Origin: Thermodesulfobacteriota bacterium
GTDB lineage: Bacteria; Desulfobacterota; Binatia; Bin18
Assembly (NCBI GenBank): GCA_964291405.2
Contig: OZ219926.1
Location: forward strand, 4,096,001 to 4,160,000
Direction: 5' to 3'
DNA: 64,000 nt
The notes under the pieces are model-generated. The model was given only the letters and a program-made list of their open reading frames with translations, ran no database searches and was not told the DNA's origin. The position numbers and the translations under genes are program-made. Shown piece after piece: positions 39,697-48,099 of this stretch. The stretch's first letter is position 1. The number at the start of each line of letters is the position of its first letter.

Positions 39697-40722
39697 TTAC
39701 TGCGTTGCCAGCATTTCCTCAATCAATTCGGCAAACGCCGAGTAGGGTTGCGAACCGGACAGAAAGCGACCGTTCACAAAAAAGGCCGGCGTTCCGCTCA
39801 CCCCAAGTTGGGTGCCGAGCGCCAGGTCCTTACTGACCGCCGCAGTATAGGCGTTATTGTCCAGGCAGGCCGCAAACTGTGCTGTGTCCAGTTTGAGGTC
39901 GGCGGCATATTGTTTCAGTTCCTCGGACTGTAAGGCTTTAATATTGGCGAACAGGATGTCGTGGTACTCCCAGTATTTGCCCTGATCTCCGGCACAGCGC
40001 GCCGCCTCTGCCGCTTTATAGGCCTGGGGATGGATCCGGGTTAACGGGAAATCCCGGAATACGAACTGGACTTTATCCTTGTATTTTTCCTGAATTTGGG
40101 AGAGTGCAGACTGCACTCGGGCACAGTACGGTCATTGATAGTCGGAGAACTCTACCAGCGTAATGGGCGCATCCTGTGGCCCTTTTGTGGGTGCTCCGGC
40201 GGTCGGAACGTCAACAATGGGCGGTGTCAGCTTAAAGTCGATCGTGGCGGCTTTGCGCAGTTCGGCGGCAAATGCCTGTTGGCGCTGTTGCTGCTTGCGG
40301 GCCTGGAGGGATTGTTTGAGCTGAGCTTGCACCTCCTCCAGTTTTTTCTCTCCAAACCGGGTTTTGTTCTTAGTATAGTAATTCTCGACCTCCGCGTCGC
40401 TGACCGGTTCTGTTTTGTCGGTCACTTCCTGCTGGCGGAGTTGTTGGCGGGTGATCCCCCGTTTCTTTGCTTCCTGCTCTTGCAGGTGTGCGTTGATGAT
40501 CGAGTCGACCGCTTGCTTTTTGAGCGAGTAGATTTGATTGTTCAAACGGAGCATCTGGCCTTTGATCTGGTTTTCAATCTCTGCCTCGGTAATGCTTCTC
40601 TCGCCGACCGTGGCCAGTACCGTGCCGGTGGCCTCGGCTCTGAGTAAGCCCGGAGCTAGCACAACTCCTGCTAGTAAAAAGGCCCGGACAAGGCCGAGGC
40701 TTTTCTGCCCGTGTGGTTTCAT
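39697..40722 (-). CDS. DsbA-family oxidoreductase with SurA-like N-domain; predicted selenoprotein (UxxC)
   Basis: ORFs 40132-40722 and 39697-40116 are in frame; the TGA at 40134-40132 gives EFSDYQ-U-PYC; SECIS-like hairpin at 40102-40118. Confidence 0.85.
40102..40118 (-). promoter_or_regulatory. Putative bacterial SECIS element
   Basis: mRNA GAGUGCA-GUC-UGCACUC; the apical loop starts with G about 21 nt after the UGA. Confidence 0.7.
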
Positions 40723-40745
40723 CGTTGCTCCTTCTCTGAGTTCTG

Positions 40746-40844
40746 CTAGCCAGTAAAGGTCAAAATAAGAAAGAAGAGCAGCAAGGGGGCGAGCATCCAG
40801 ATCAGAAAAACCACCCAGGCCGGTCCTTGTCCCTGATTTTCCAT
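40746..40844 (-). CDS. 32-aa single-pass membrane peptide MENQGQGPAWVVFLIWMLAPLLLFFLILTFTG
   Basis: GGAGGAG SD 5 nt upstream of ATG; one long hydrophobic stretch; ends 23 nt before the DsbA start. Confidence 0.6.
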   Translation of the reverse strand: MENQGQGPAWVVFLIWMLAPLLLFFLILTFTG

Positions 40845-40955
40845 GTCATCTCCTCCAGCTGAAACGGTTTGATTTCAGGTTCCTACCATACGGAAAACCT
40901 CGCGCTGACTCAATGCGGTCGGTCGTGACGCAAGAGGGCGGTTCACGCATCGCCT

Positions 40956-41591
40956 CTATTGGGGCTGGTCGAAAAGGGACTGCCGGGTGATCCAGAACCG
41001 GATGAGGCTCCAGACAATAACAGCGACAAGCAGCAGGCCCCACGCAACGTGCCCAAGACGCTGGATAGAAACGAGGGCGGCGTCAATCTCGGCTCCAAAG
41101 GAATAGGCCAGCGTGAAAATGATCGGCACGTAGACGGCGATGGCAATCAGAGAAATTCGCACATAGATAGGCGTCGGCATCCCGTGGGCGCCAACAATAA
41201 TATGGGCGGGGAGGCGCAGGCCGGGCAGGAAGCGGGTCAAAAAAAGTGCCCGATTCCGATGCCGGTCAAGCCAGGTCTTAAATCGCTCGACCCATTTGCT
41301 GCGATGGAGAAAGGGAAACGCCGAACGCGGACTTCTGCCCCTCCAATGTCGTCCTACCCAAAAACCAACAAAATCGCCGCAAAAAACGCCAAGGCCGAGC
41401 AGCATGAGCATAGTGGTCAGCTGAACCTGGTCCGAGTAGTAGAGATAGCCGGCGGCAACGAGGGCAATTTCTTCGGCGAGCGGAATGAACCATATCCCCG
41501 CAATAAGCAGCAGAAAGATGGTGATATAGGGTGAGTACGTGAGGTAAGAAACCCAGTGATCAATAGCGGATGCTGAGAACAATTCAAACAC
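40956..41591 (-). CDS. DedA family membrane protein
   Basis: PLAEEIALVAAG, GDFVGFWVGR, TRFLPGLR; start approximate. Confidence 0.85.
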   Translation of the reverse strand: MFELFSASAIDHWVSYLTYSPYITIFLLLIAGIWFIPLAEEIALVAAGYLYYSDQVQLTTMLMLLGLGVFCGDFVGFWVGRHWRGRSPRSAFPFLHRSKWVERFKTWLDRHRNRALFLTRFLPGLRLPAHIIVGAHGMPTPIYVRISLIAIAVYVPIIFTLAYSFGAEIDAALVSIQRLGHVAWGLLLVAVIVWSLIRFWITRQSLFDQPQ

Positions 41592-41815
41592 GGGAGCAGA
41601 GACTTCCTTACAATGATACTGCCTGGCGCTCAACAAGAAAAACAGCGCGGCGCATTCCAGGAGAATGTAAGCCTTATTATACCGAGATCAAGTCCGGTGG
41701 AAGAGACCGAGGGCGAGACCACACTCCTCAACATCGTAACGGGGCATTATTCTTTCCTTCTCGGGCCGTTCTGCGTATATTGAAACCTGACTTCAGCAAT
41801 GCTGGAGGATGTAGA

Positions 41816-43024
41816 ATGACATGGTGGATAGTATTTCTGAGCGGTTTGCTCTGGGTGCAGTCAGCATGGGCGACGGCGGACATCTCTCCTGCTCTCTTGG
41901 GCATGTACCGTAAGACCATTGAGATCGAGCGTGAACTCTACATCCATGCCGCCCGCTACGGGGTAGACCATCGGCTCGCTCGGGCCGTGATGCTACAGGA
42001 ATCGGGCGGGAATGCGGAGTGGGTTTCCCCGGGCGGAGGTGTCGGGTATTTCCAAATGCCCCCCGGACTCGTCCGGTTACTTGGCAGTCCAACCCAGATT
42101 GAAGCCGGCATCAAATACTTGGCGCAGTTGCAAAACCAGTTCGCGCGTGAGGACTATGTACTGGCCGCCTATAAGCTTGGTCCCGATCGGGTACAAGAAG
42201 ACGAGCCCATCCACTTCAAGACGCTGCAATACGTGGTGAGCATTGGGTACTATAAATCCGTTTTGCAGGAATATGAGCCCGAAGTACGTCGCCGAGCAGA
42301 ACAGCTTGAGCTGAGAAAAGTTCAACCCGAGGAGTCATGGGAATCCGTCGCCCAGGCCCTTCGGCTCACGCCAACCATCCTGCGCTTGTACAATCCCATG
42401 CTAGCGAAGCGTTTTCTTCAAAGAGGCTCGACTGTTGTCTATCCTGTGGAGATACCTGCGGATCTGGTCGGTGTGGGGGAAAAGCCGGTGTATGTGGTCC
42501 GTATTGGAGACACGCCCGAGCTGCTGGCCAACGTCTTTCAGGTTGATTCGCAGACGTTTCGTCAGCAGCACCAGCTGTGGTATTTACATCCCCTTGCGGC
42601 CGGGAAAGAACTCTCCCTTCCAATATCCCCAGCGGCAGCGCCGGATAGACAGACGGTAGCGTCCCTGCCGACACCGCTGCCCTCTGCCGCGGGACGTGGC
42701 GTTGAAGAAAAGAAAAACGAGCAAGACCTCCGGCATACCGTGCGTCGCGGAGATTCCCTGGAGAGAATCGCTCGGCGTTACGGGACGACGGTGCGTGCTC
42801 TGAGGACGGCAAACAGTCTACGCGGGACCCAGATTAATATAGGCGCGGTCCTGCGGATTCCCACCGGCCGGACCGAGACGACGCTCTACCGGGTCCGTTG
42901 GGGGGATACCCTGGGGGAGATTGCTCTACGCTACAATACCACGATTGCGACCTTGGTCCGGCTCAACAACCTCCGCAATCACCACATTCAGGCGGGCAAG
43001 GTGCTCCGTATCCCCGCGTCATAA
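41816..43024 (+). CDS. Lytic transglycosylase (SLT) with LysM domains
   Basis: MLQESGGN, GVGYFQ, LAAY; C-terminal LysM repeats HTVRRGDSL and YRVRWGDTL. Confidence 0.85.
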   Translation: MTWWIVFLSGLLWVQSAWATADISPALLGMYRKTIEIERELYIHAARYGVDHRLARAVMLQESGGNAEWVSPGGGVGYFQMPPGLVRLLGSPTQIEAGIKYLAQLQNQFAREDYVLAAYKLGPDRVQEDEPIHFKTLQYVVSIGYYKSVLQEYEPEVRRRAEQLELRKVQPEESWESVAQALRLTPTILRLYNPMLAKRFLQRGSTVVYPVEIPADLVGVGEKPVYVVRIGDTPELLANVFQVDSQTFRQQHQLWYLHPLAAGKELSLPISPAAAPDRQTVASLPTPLPSAAGRGVEEKKNEQDLRHTVRRGDSLERIARRYGTTVRALRTANSLRGTQINIGAVLRIPTGRTETTLYRVRWGDTLGEIALRYNTTIATLVRLNNLRNHHIQAGKVLRIPAS

Positions 43025-43050
43025 AGGTAGGAGACATGGACGATCAGTTT

Positions 43051-44043
43051 TTACTCAGAGGTGTTAAGCCGTGCGGAGTAATCGTCCTCTATGGCTCTGA
43101 CCGCACGATAGGCAAACTCGGTATAGGGAACGGGAATGCCGAGGCGCTGACCTTCCTTGAAGACGTGTCCGACGGTCTCTTCAATCTCCGTTTTTTTCCC
43201 TGCCAGGACATCTTGGAGCATGGACGGAATAATCTGCGTCCGCCCGCTCTGTGCCACCCGTTGTCCCACCCGGACGAGCATCTGCACGGCCTCGTCGAAG
43301 GGAGCGTCCCGGAGCGTCTGCTGATTGAACAGGCTCCAGGCCGCATGGTCGGATAGGGGAATGCCGAGGGCATCCGCAACGGCCGCAACTTCTCGAAACA
43401 TATGGACTGAGAGGGTCGCCAGTTCCGGGCTCGACCAGACCAAATGGACCGGCAGGCGGGTCAGGGCAGCCAGCGGGGCAAAGGGGTTTTGGATGGCTTG
43501 TTTCGTCCATTCGATCGAGACGATATTCTCGACCGCGGCCGCCTTAAGCCCGGCGTCAACAAACGTCTGAGCAAGATGATCAACCCGCGTTGAGTGCGTG
43601 CCGTCCGGTTCGCCAAAGAACGTAATCCCGTCCAGGGTATAATGGGCCTCGCCATCGCGGACGAGGGTCGCGCCGATCATGGTGGTCGCGCCAACGACGC
43701 TGTCCGCGCCAAAAACGCGAGCCATCTGGGCGTTCTTCACTACGCCATTCTGAAGTGAGGCGACACTGTTGGTCCGCAGATGTTTGACGCTGGCCAAGGC
43801 GCGCGGCATGTCCTTGGTCTTCACGGTAATCAACAGGACATCGGCCGTGTCGAGGGCTGAAGCATCGGTGTATGCTGGCAGCCGGACCCGAAAGTCGGAC
43901 AGTCCGGTGAGGCGGAGACCGTTTTGCTGGACAGCCCGTGCGTGACCTGGCCGGGCAATCATGACGGCGTCTACCCCATGCCGGGCGAGATGCCCGGCGA
44001 CAACCGAACCCACACCACCGGCACCGAGAATCACAACCCGCAT
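43051..44043 (-). CDS. Ketopantoate reductase family protein (PanE/ApbA-like)
   Basis: ILGAGGVG, ITVK, SLQNG, PSMLQD...KTEIE. Confidence 0.85.
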   Translation of the reverse strand: MRVVILGAGGVGSVVAGHLARHGVDAVMIARPGHARAVQQNGLRLTGLSDFRVRLPAYTDASALDTADVLLITVKTKDMPRALASVKHLRTNSVASLQNGVVKNAQMARVFGADSVVGATTMIGATLVRDGEAHYTLDGITFFGEPDGTHSTRVDHLAQTFVDAGLKAAAVENIVSIEWTKQAIQNPFAPLAALTRLPVHLVWSSPELATLSVHMFREVAAVADALGIPLSDHAAWSLFNQQTLRDAPFDEAVQMLVRVGQRVAQSGRTQIIPSMLQDVLAGKKTEIEETVGHVFKEGQRLGIPVPYTEFAYRAVRAIEDDYSARLNTSE

Positions 44044-44119
44044 ATCCGCCCTCCCTTACTTTTATTGGCACGGGATTATGGCGGGTCCGGCTCGATATTG
44101 TCAACGAAGGCGCTGATGT

Positions 44120-44716
44120 CTAGGGGTGCTCCGGGAATCGGACCCGATACACCCGCGACAGATGGATGAAATACCCCTCTCCCTGTTTCAACGCGGCCAG
44201 ATTTTCGGCCGCGACCTTTCTGCCGACGGTCTGACTGATCGCCTCAGCCTCAGTTCCTTCTCTGCGCAAGAGCAGCGTTGTTTCGTACCGCCCAAAAACG
44301 AGGCGGGATGGGTGTGGAAGGAATTCGACTACCACCATTCCGGTGCGTAAGAAGAAAGTCAGTGTGTGCTCCCAGTCGGCCGTCTCTTGGGCACCATCAA
44401 CGATGAGAAGGGGGGGCAGGGAAGGCGTCCTACCCAGACCGGTCTGCAGCGTCTGAAGCACCTGCTGAGCGATATCGTCCGAAATCGTCCCCTCTGTCGG
44501 TAGGGGAATATAGGCAGCGTCTTCACGCAGCAGGAGACGAAAGGGCATTTCGAGTTGCTGACGACCGTGGGCGTCCAGACACACCACCACGCCGTGTTGA
44601 CTCGCTTGACGCAGGGCGAGGCTCAGGCATAACTCGGTCCGGTCGCGCGGCTGCCCCCCCAGCACGGCTAGACGGCCGCTGAGGTCGGGCAGCGGAAAGA
44701 GACGCTCCTGGGCCAT
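44120..44716 (-). CDS. Hypothetical protein with degenerate P-loop NTPase-like fold
   Basis: LAVLGGQPRDRT at the Walker A position, VVVCLDAHG, LLIVD (Walker B-like), LKQGEGYF. Confidence 0.45.
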   Translation of the reverse strand: MAQERLFPLPDLSGRLAVLGGQPRDRTELCLSLALRQASQHGVVVCLDAHGRQQLEMPFRLLLREDAAYIPLPTEGTISDDIAQQVLQTLQTGLGRTPSLPPLLIVDGAQETADWEHTLTFFLRTGMVVVEFLPHPSRLVFGRYETTLLLRREGTEAEAISQTVGRKVAAENLAALKQGEGYFIHLSRVYRVRFPEHP

Positions 44717-44831
44717 GGAGCGAAGAGCATAGCGTCTCTCCCGCTGCGGGGAAAGCTGACCAACTCCCGGTCGCGCGCTATCTCCTCCCCTACTCAGGCC
44801 GTGCCGAACCGCGTATAAGGTGGGCATGGCA

Positions 44832-45281
44832 ATGGCGCGCTCGTACAAAGGCGTTTTCCTGGTGATAGGACTCCTGACCATAGGTGTGGTGGCGGTGACG
44901 ATTACCTATCGCCATCGCCCCCTACCCAAAGAGACAGTGCAGAGTGTCCTGCAAGCCCGCGGGATGCCTGCGGCAAAACGGGGAATGCGACTTTCCCAAG
45001 CCGGTCGCCAGCTTTTACCACCCGACGAGCGGGCCGAAATGGACGCGATCTATGCCGAGGCCCTCCGGTCGTTACCCGAGCAGGAGCGACTGAAACTGGA
45101 GGAGCTGAGAAAGCATGGCGCCCAGCCCAGCGGACGGGAGGTGACGGAGATGGGCCGGTTGGTCCAAAAGGCGCTTCGGGCGTTGCCACCGGAAAAAAAT
45201 CAACGCCTGTTTGCTTTGGTCGAAAAGGCGGTTGCCCTCCAGCTTGCCAAACAACAACAAGCCGCTCCCCAGCCGAAGTAA
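44832..45281 (+). CDS. Hypothetical membrane-anchored helical protein
   Basis: N-terminal TM segment followed by LPP/LPE helical repeats; co-oriented with the next two genes. Confidence 0.55.
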   Translation: MARSYKGVFLVIGLLTIGVVAVTITYRHRPLPKETVQSVLQARGMPAAKRGMRLSQAGRQLLPPDERAEMDAIYAEALRSLPEQERLKLEELRKHGAQPSGREVTEMGRLVQKALRALPPEKNQRLFALVEKAVALQLAKQQQAAPQPK

Positions 45282-45285
45282 TGGT

Positions 45286-45774
45286 ATGCCGTTCTCAGCC
45301 CACCGTGCCGCCGTCCGCATACTGTGTCTGCTCGTCTGTCTGGTCTGGCCCACCCCGGTTGCCGGCATCCGATCCGACGCTACGACGCTGTTCGGGATCG
45401 AGGGTTTTCGGGTGGCTATTGTGACCATTAGCCCTCCGGCGCGCAGACTGGGATTTTCGGAAACGCAGCTCAACATGCTGGCTGCCACTCACCTACGCCG
45501 TAACGCGCTGACGGTCGGGGACTTTCCAGCCGTGCTGAATATCTCTCTCCGGGTCGTGGAACACCCGGCCTCGGTGTTGGCCTATTCGCTCGAACTGCAA
45601 GTACAACAAGTCGTCCATTTGAAACGAACGGAGCAGGTCCACTTAATGGCCCCAACCTGGACGGAAGGGACGCTGACCATGGTGCCGCGAGCAGGGCTGA
45701 GGCGCAGCGTTGAAAGTGCCCTGGCCGAACTCTTTGACTCGTTGGGTCGCGATTATCGCCTGGTCAACTCATGA
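45286..45774 (+). CDS. Hypothetical exported protein
   Basis: Signal-like N-terminus; ATGA overlap with the next gene. Confidence 0.55.
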   Translation: MPFSAHRAAVRILCLLVCLVWPTPVAGIRSDATTLFGIEGFRVAIVTISPPARRLGFSETQLNMLAATHLRRNALTVGDFPAVLNISLRVVEHPASVLAYSLELQVQQVVHLKRTEQVHLMAPTWTEGTLTMVPRAGLRRSVESALAELFDSLGRDYRLVNS

Positions 45775-46496
45775 AGCCTCTCGTCAACCCAAAAGATGGT
45801 AGTCTGCTCGTCCGCATCCCCGCGGGCGAATATTGCATGGGAAGCGAGAGCGGGACGCCGCCCGAACGTCCGGCCCACCGGGTCTCGCTGGGGAGTTTTT
45901 ATATTGCCCAACACCCGGTGACGAATGCCCAGTACCGGCAGTTTGTCATCGACACTGGCCATCGTGCACCCTATCTCGATGATGCCCGGGTGGAACGTGA
46001 GAATTGGGACCAGGAGCGCCACGCTCCGCCGGCGGGGCGAGAAGCCCATCCGGTGGTCTTGGTCAGCTGGCATGATGCCCAGGCCTACTGCGCCTGGGCC
46101 GAGGGCCGGCTGCCAACCGAGGCCGAATGGGAAAGCGCGGCCCGTGGCGGGTTAGAAGACAAGCCCTATCCGTGGGGAGATGGGATCAGTCGGGAGTTGG
46201 CAAATTATGATAATCGGGCCGGGACCACCCCGGTCGGGAGCTATCCGTCCAATCCCTATGGTCTGTATGACATGGCCGGTAACGTCTGGGAGTGGGTGGC
46301 CGACTGGTACGACCCGCAGTACTATACAGTCTCCCCGACCGAGGACCCGCAGGGCTCGGCGACCGGAACGGTTAAGGTGTTGCGCGGAGGAGCCTGGCTG
46401 CTCTTCCCCGAGTTTTGCCGGGTTGCCTACCGCTTCCGCAACAACCCCAATTTTCGCTTCAATCTGATTGGCTTTCGTCTGGCGAAATCGGCCTGA
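45771..46496 (+). CDS. Formylglycine-generating enzyme (FGE/SUMF1)-fold protein
   Basis: PVTNAQY, HPVVLVSW, RLPTEAEWE, YGLYDMAGNVWEW, RGGAW, GFRLA. Confidence 0.88.
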   Translation: MKPLVNPKDGSLLVRIPAGEYCMGSESGTPPERPAHRVSLGSFYIAQHPVTNAQYRQFVIDTGHRAPYLDDARVERENWDQERHAPPAGREAHPVVLVSWHDAQAYCAWAEGRLPTEAEWESAARGGLEDKPYPWGDGISRELANYDNRAGTTPVGSYPSNPYGLYDMAGNVWEWVADWYDPQYYTVSPTEDPQGSATGTVKVLRGGAWLLFPEFCRVAYRFRNNPNFRFNLIGFRLAKSA

Positions 46497-47952
46497 GCAG
46501 ACCCTCTTGATACAACTGGGCCAGGACCTGACGGACCTGGGCAGGCGGGCTCTGCCGCCCGTCGGGATGCCGCTGATAGGCGGCCAGGATATCCACAACG
46601 GCACGCTGCGTCTGCACGCAGCGCAGCAGGGTCGGGACATTGACTCCGGACAGAAAGCGCAGGCCGCGTGGGTAACGTGGAGTCACAACCGCGGGCCGGA
46701 GCTCAACATACGAGCCTTCGATAACAGGCCGCTCCTGGATACGCAGGTCAGGCGTTACCATTACGTGTGAAACCGGCTGGGAATCAAATGGAGAAAAGGC
46801 CGTGGACGGCTGCTGCGGAGCGGCGGGACCCGCGTCGGGCTCAAGGCGCAGGCAACGGTGCTGCCAAAAGGGACGGTCCGGCCAGCGACCCTCTTCCGCG
46901 TAATAGCGGGCCGATTGTTGATAGTGGCTGCGATAGGTGTCTCGCTGACCGGCTTCGTACAGCTCGGCAGCCTGGGACTGCATGACGGGCCGCTGGAGTA
47001 TGGTGTTGACAACCACGGCGCCGGTAATGGCGGATGCCATGGCTTTCCGGACTCCCTCCGAGGACAAGGGATCAATGAACAGGCCGGCGTCACCGACGAG
47101 GAGGGTGCGGCCGGCGACAAACTGCCGCGCGGTATACAGGCTGGCATCAAAAACCTGAGGTGGGTGGGGAAGGTGCGCGTCAGCCAGAAAACCCGAGACA
47201 TAGGCCGCCTTGCGGAGCTCCTCGATATAAAAGCGCTGTAGTCCGACCCGCTTTATGGCGTGGCTGTGTCGCCAGTCAAGCAGCAGCGTGACATTCCGCT
47301 CGCCCGTGTGCAGCGGGACTGACCAGACCATGCCGTCCGCATAGGCTTCAAGCAGGGTGTTGGCGAAGTCTACGCCGGGTGGATTCCCCGCGTTTTGCCA
47401 ATAGCCCGTCAGGGCCAGGGTCTGGAAGACACTGTCCCGCTGGCGCAGGTTGTGGCGGGCGTATATGCCCGCGTGGCCGGTCGCATCAACACAGAATTCC
47501 GCCCGAATGCGCTCTCTCGAACCATAGCGGACGGTCACGCCGTGTTCCCCGTCAGGCCGGACGTCTCGCACCGGTTGTCCTTCCACAACCCGGACACCGG
47601 CCTGGCGAGCCTGATTGAGCAGAATCAGGTCAAAGTCGGCGCGCACAGACTGAAACCCGCGCCGGTGGTGATCCGAGCTGTAATACGCGGTACGCGGTCG
47701 AGGCGAGCCCCAACACACGCTGTGGCCAGACATCCGCAGAAAGCCGGCCTGTTCCACCTGCGTCCGGACACCCAGAAAGTCGAGCAGGGGGAGGATACTC
47801 GGGGTCAGGGACTCTCCAATCTGGTGCCGTGGAAAACGGCGCTTCTCAATAAGCACGACCCGATAGCCGAAGCCCGCGAGTTGGTGGGCGATAGTCGCTC
47901 CGGCCGGACCGCCGCCAGCAACTACGATGTCTGCTGCGGAAGGGAGTGTCAC
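46459..47952 (-). CDS. qhpG: FAD-dependent monooxygenase, QhpG-like (CTQ biogenesis Trp hydroxylase)
   Basis: GGGPAG, DATG, GDAGLFIDPLSSEG; C-terminal RPVIEG...VVTPRYPRG...QLYQEGL domain like QhpG; adjacent to the qhp cluster. Confidence 0.75.
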   Translation of the reverse strand: MTLPSAADIVVAGGGPAGATIAHQLAGFGYRVVLIEKRRFPRHQIGESLTPSILPLLDFLGVRTQVEQAGFLRMSGHSVCWGSPRPRTAYYSSDHHRRGFQSVRADFDLILLNQARQAGVRVVEGQPVRDVRPDGEHGVTVRYGSRERIRAEFCVDATGHAGIYARHNLRQRDSVFQTLALTGYWQNAGNPPGVDFANTLLEAYADGMVWSVPLHTGERNVTLLLDWRHSHAIKRVGLQRFYIEELRKAAYVSGFLADAHLPHPPQVFDASLYTARQFVAGRTLLVGDAGLFIDPLSSEGVRKAMASAITGAVVVNTILQRPVMQSQAAELYEAGQRDTYRSHYQQSARYYAEEGRWPDRPFWQHRCLRLEPDAGPAAPQQPSTAFSPFDSQPVSHVMVTPDLRIQERPVIEGSYVELRPAVVTPRYPRGLRFLSGVNVPTLLRCVQTQRAVVDILAAYQRHPDGRQSPPAQVRQVLAQLYQEGLLRPISPDESQSD

Positions 47953-48099
47953 GTCAGACTGCCAATGGCGAATCGTAGAATTGTTGCTTGGAGCTTATGC
48001 CGTCGGATCAGGAAGAGCAACACGAGGGCCGTGTCTATTTCGTCTCCGGCCAAGCTGCTGTACAGTCGGCCTGGTATTCGTCCTCTCAGGACTGTCGCT

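Noticed and set aside
39697-40722. DsbA nonsense pseudogene or two separate genes
   Set aside because: The stop sits exactly on the catalytic Cys, is TGA, and is followed by a SECIS-like hairpin, so Sec recoding explains it better.
45771-46496. True formylglycine-generating enzyme
   Set aside because: Only one Cys in the catalytic region and no sulfatase nearby; reported as FGE-fold only.
46459-47952. Flavin-dependent halogenase call
   Set aside because: The WxWxIP motif is degenerate (GMVWSVP); the C-terminal domain and context fit QhpG better.
47395-48099. 235-aa N-terminal extension of the ABC transporter ORF (814 aa)
   Set aside because: It overlaps qhpG on the opposite strand and has no domain-like content; ATG 48100 gives a normal-sized exporter of about 580 aa.
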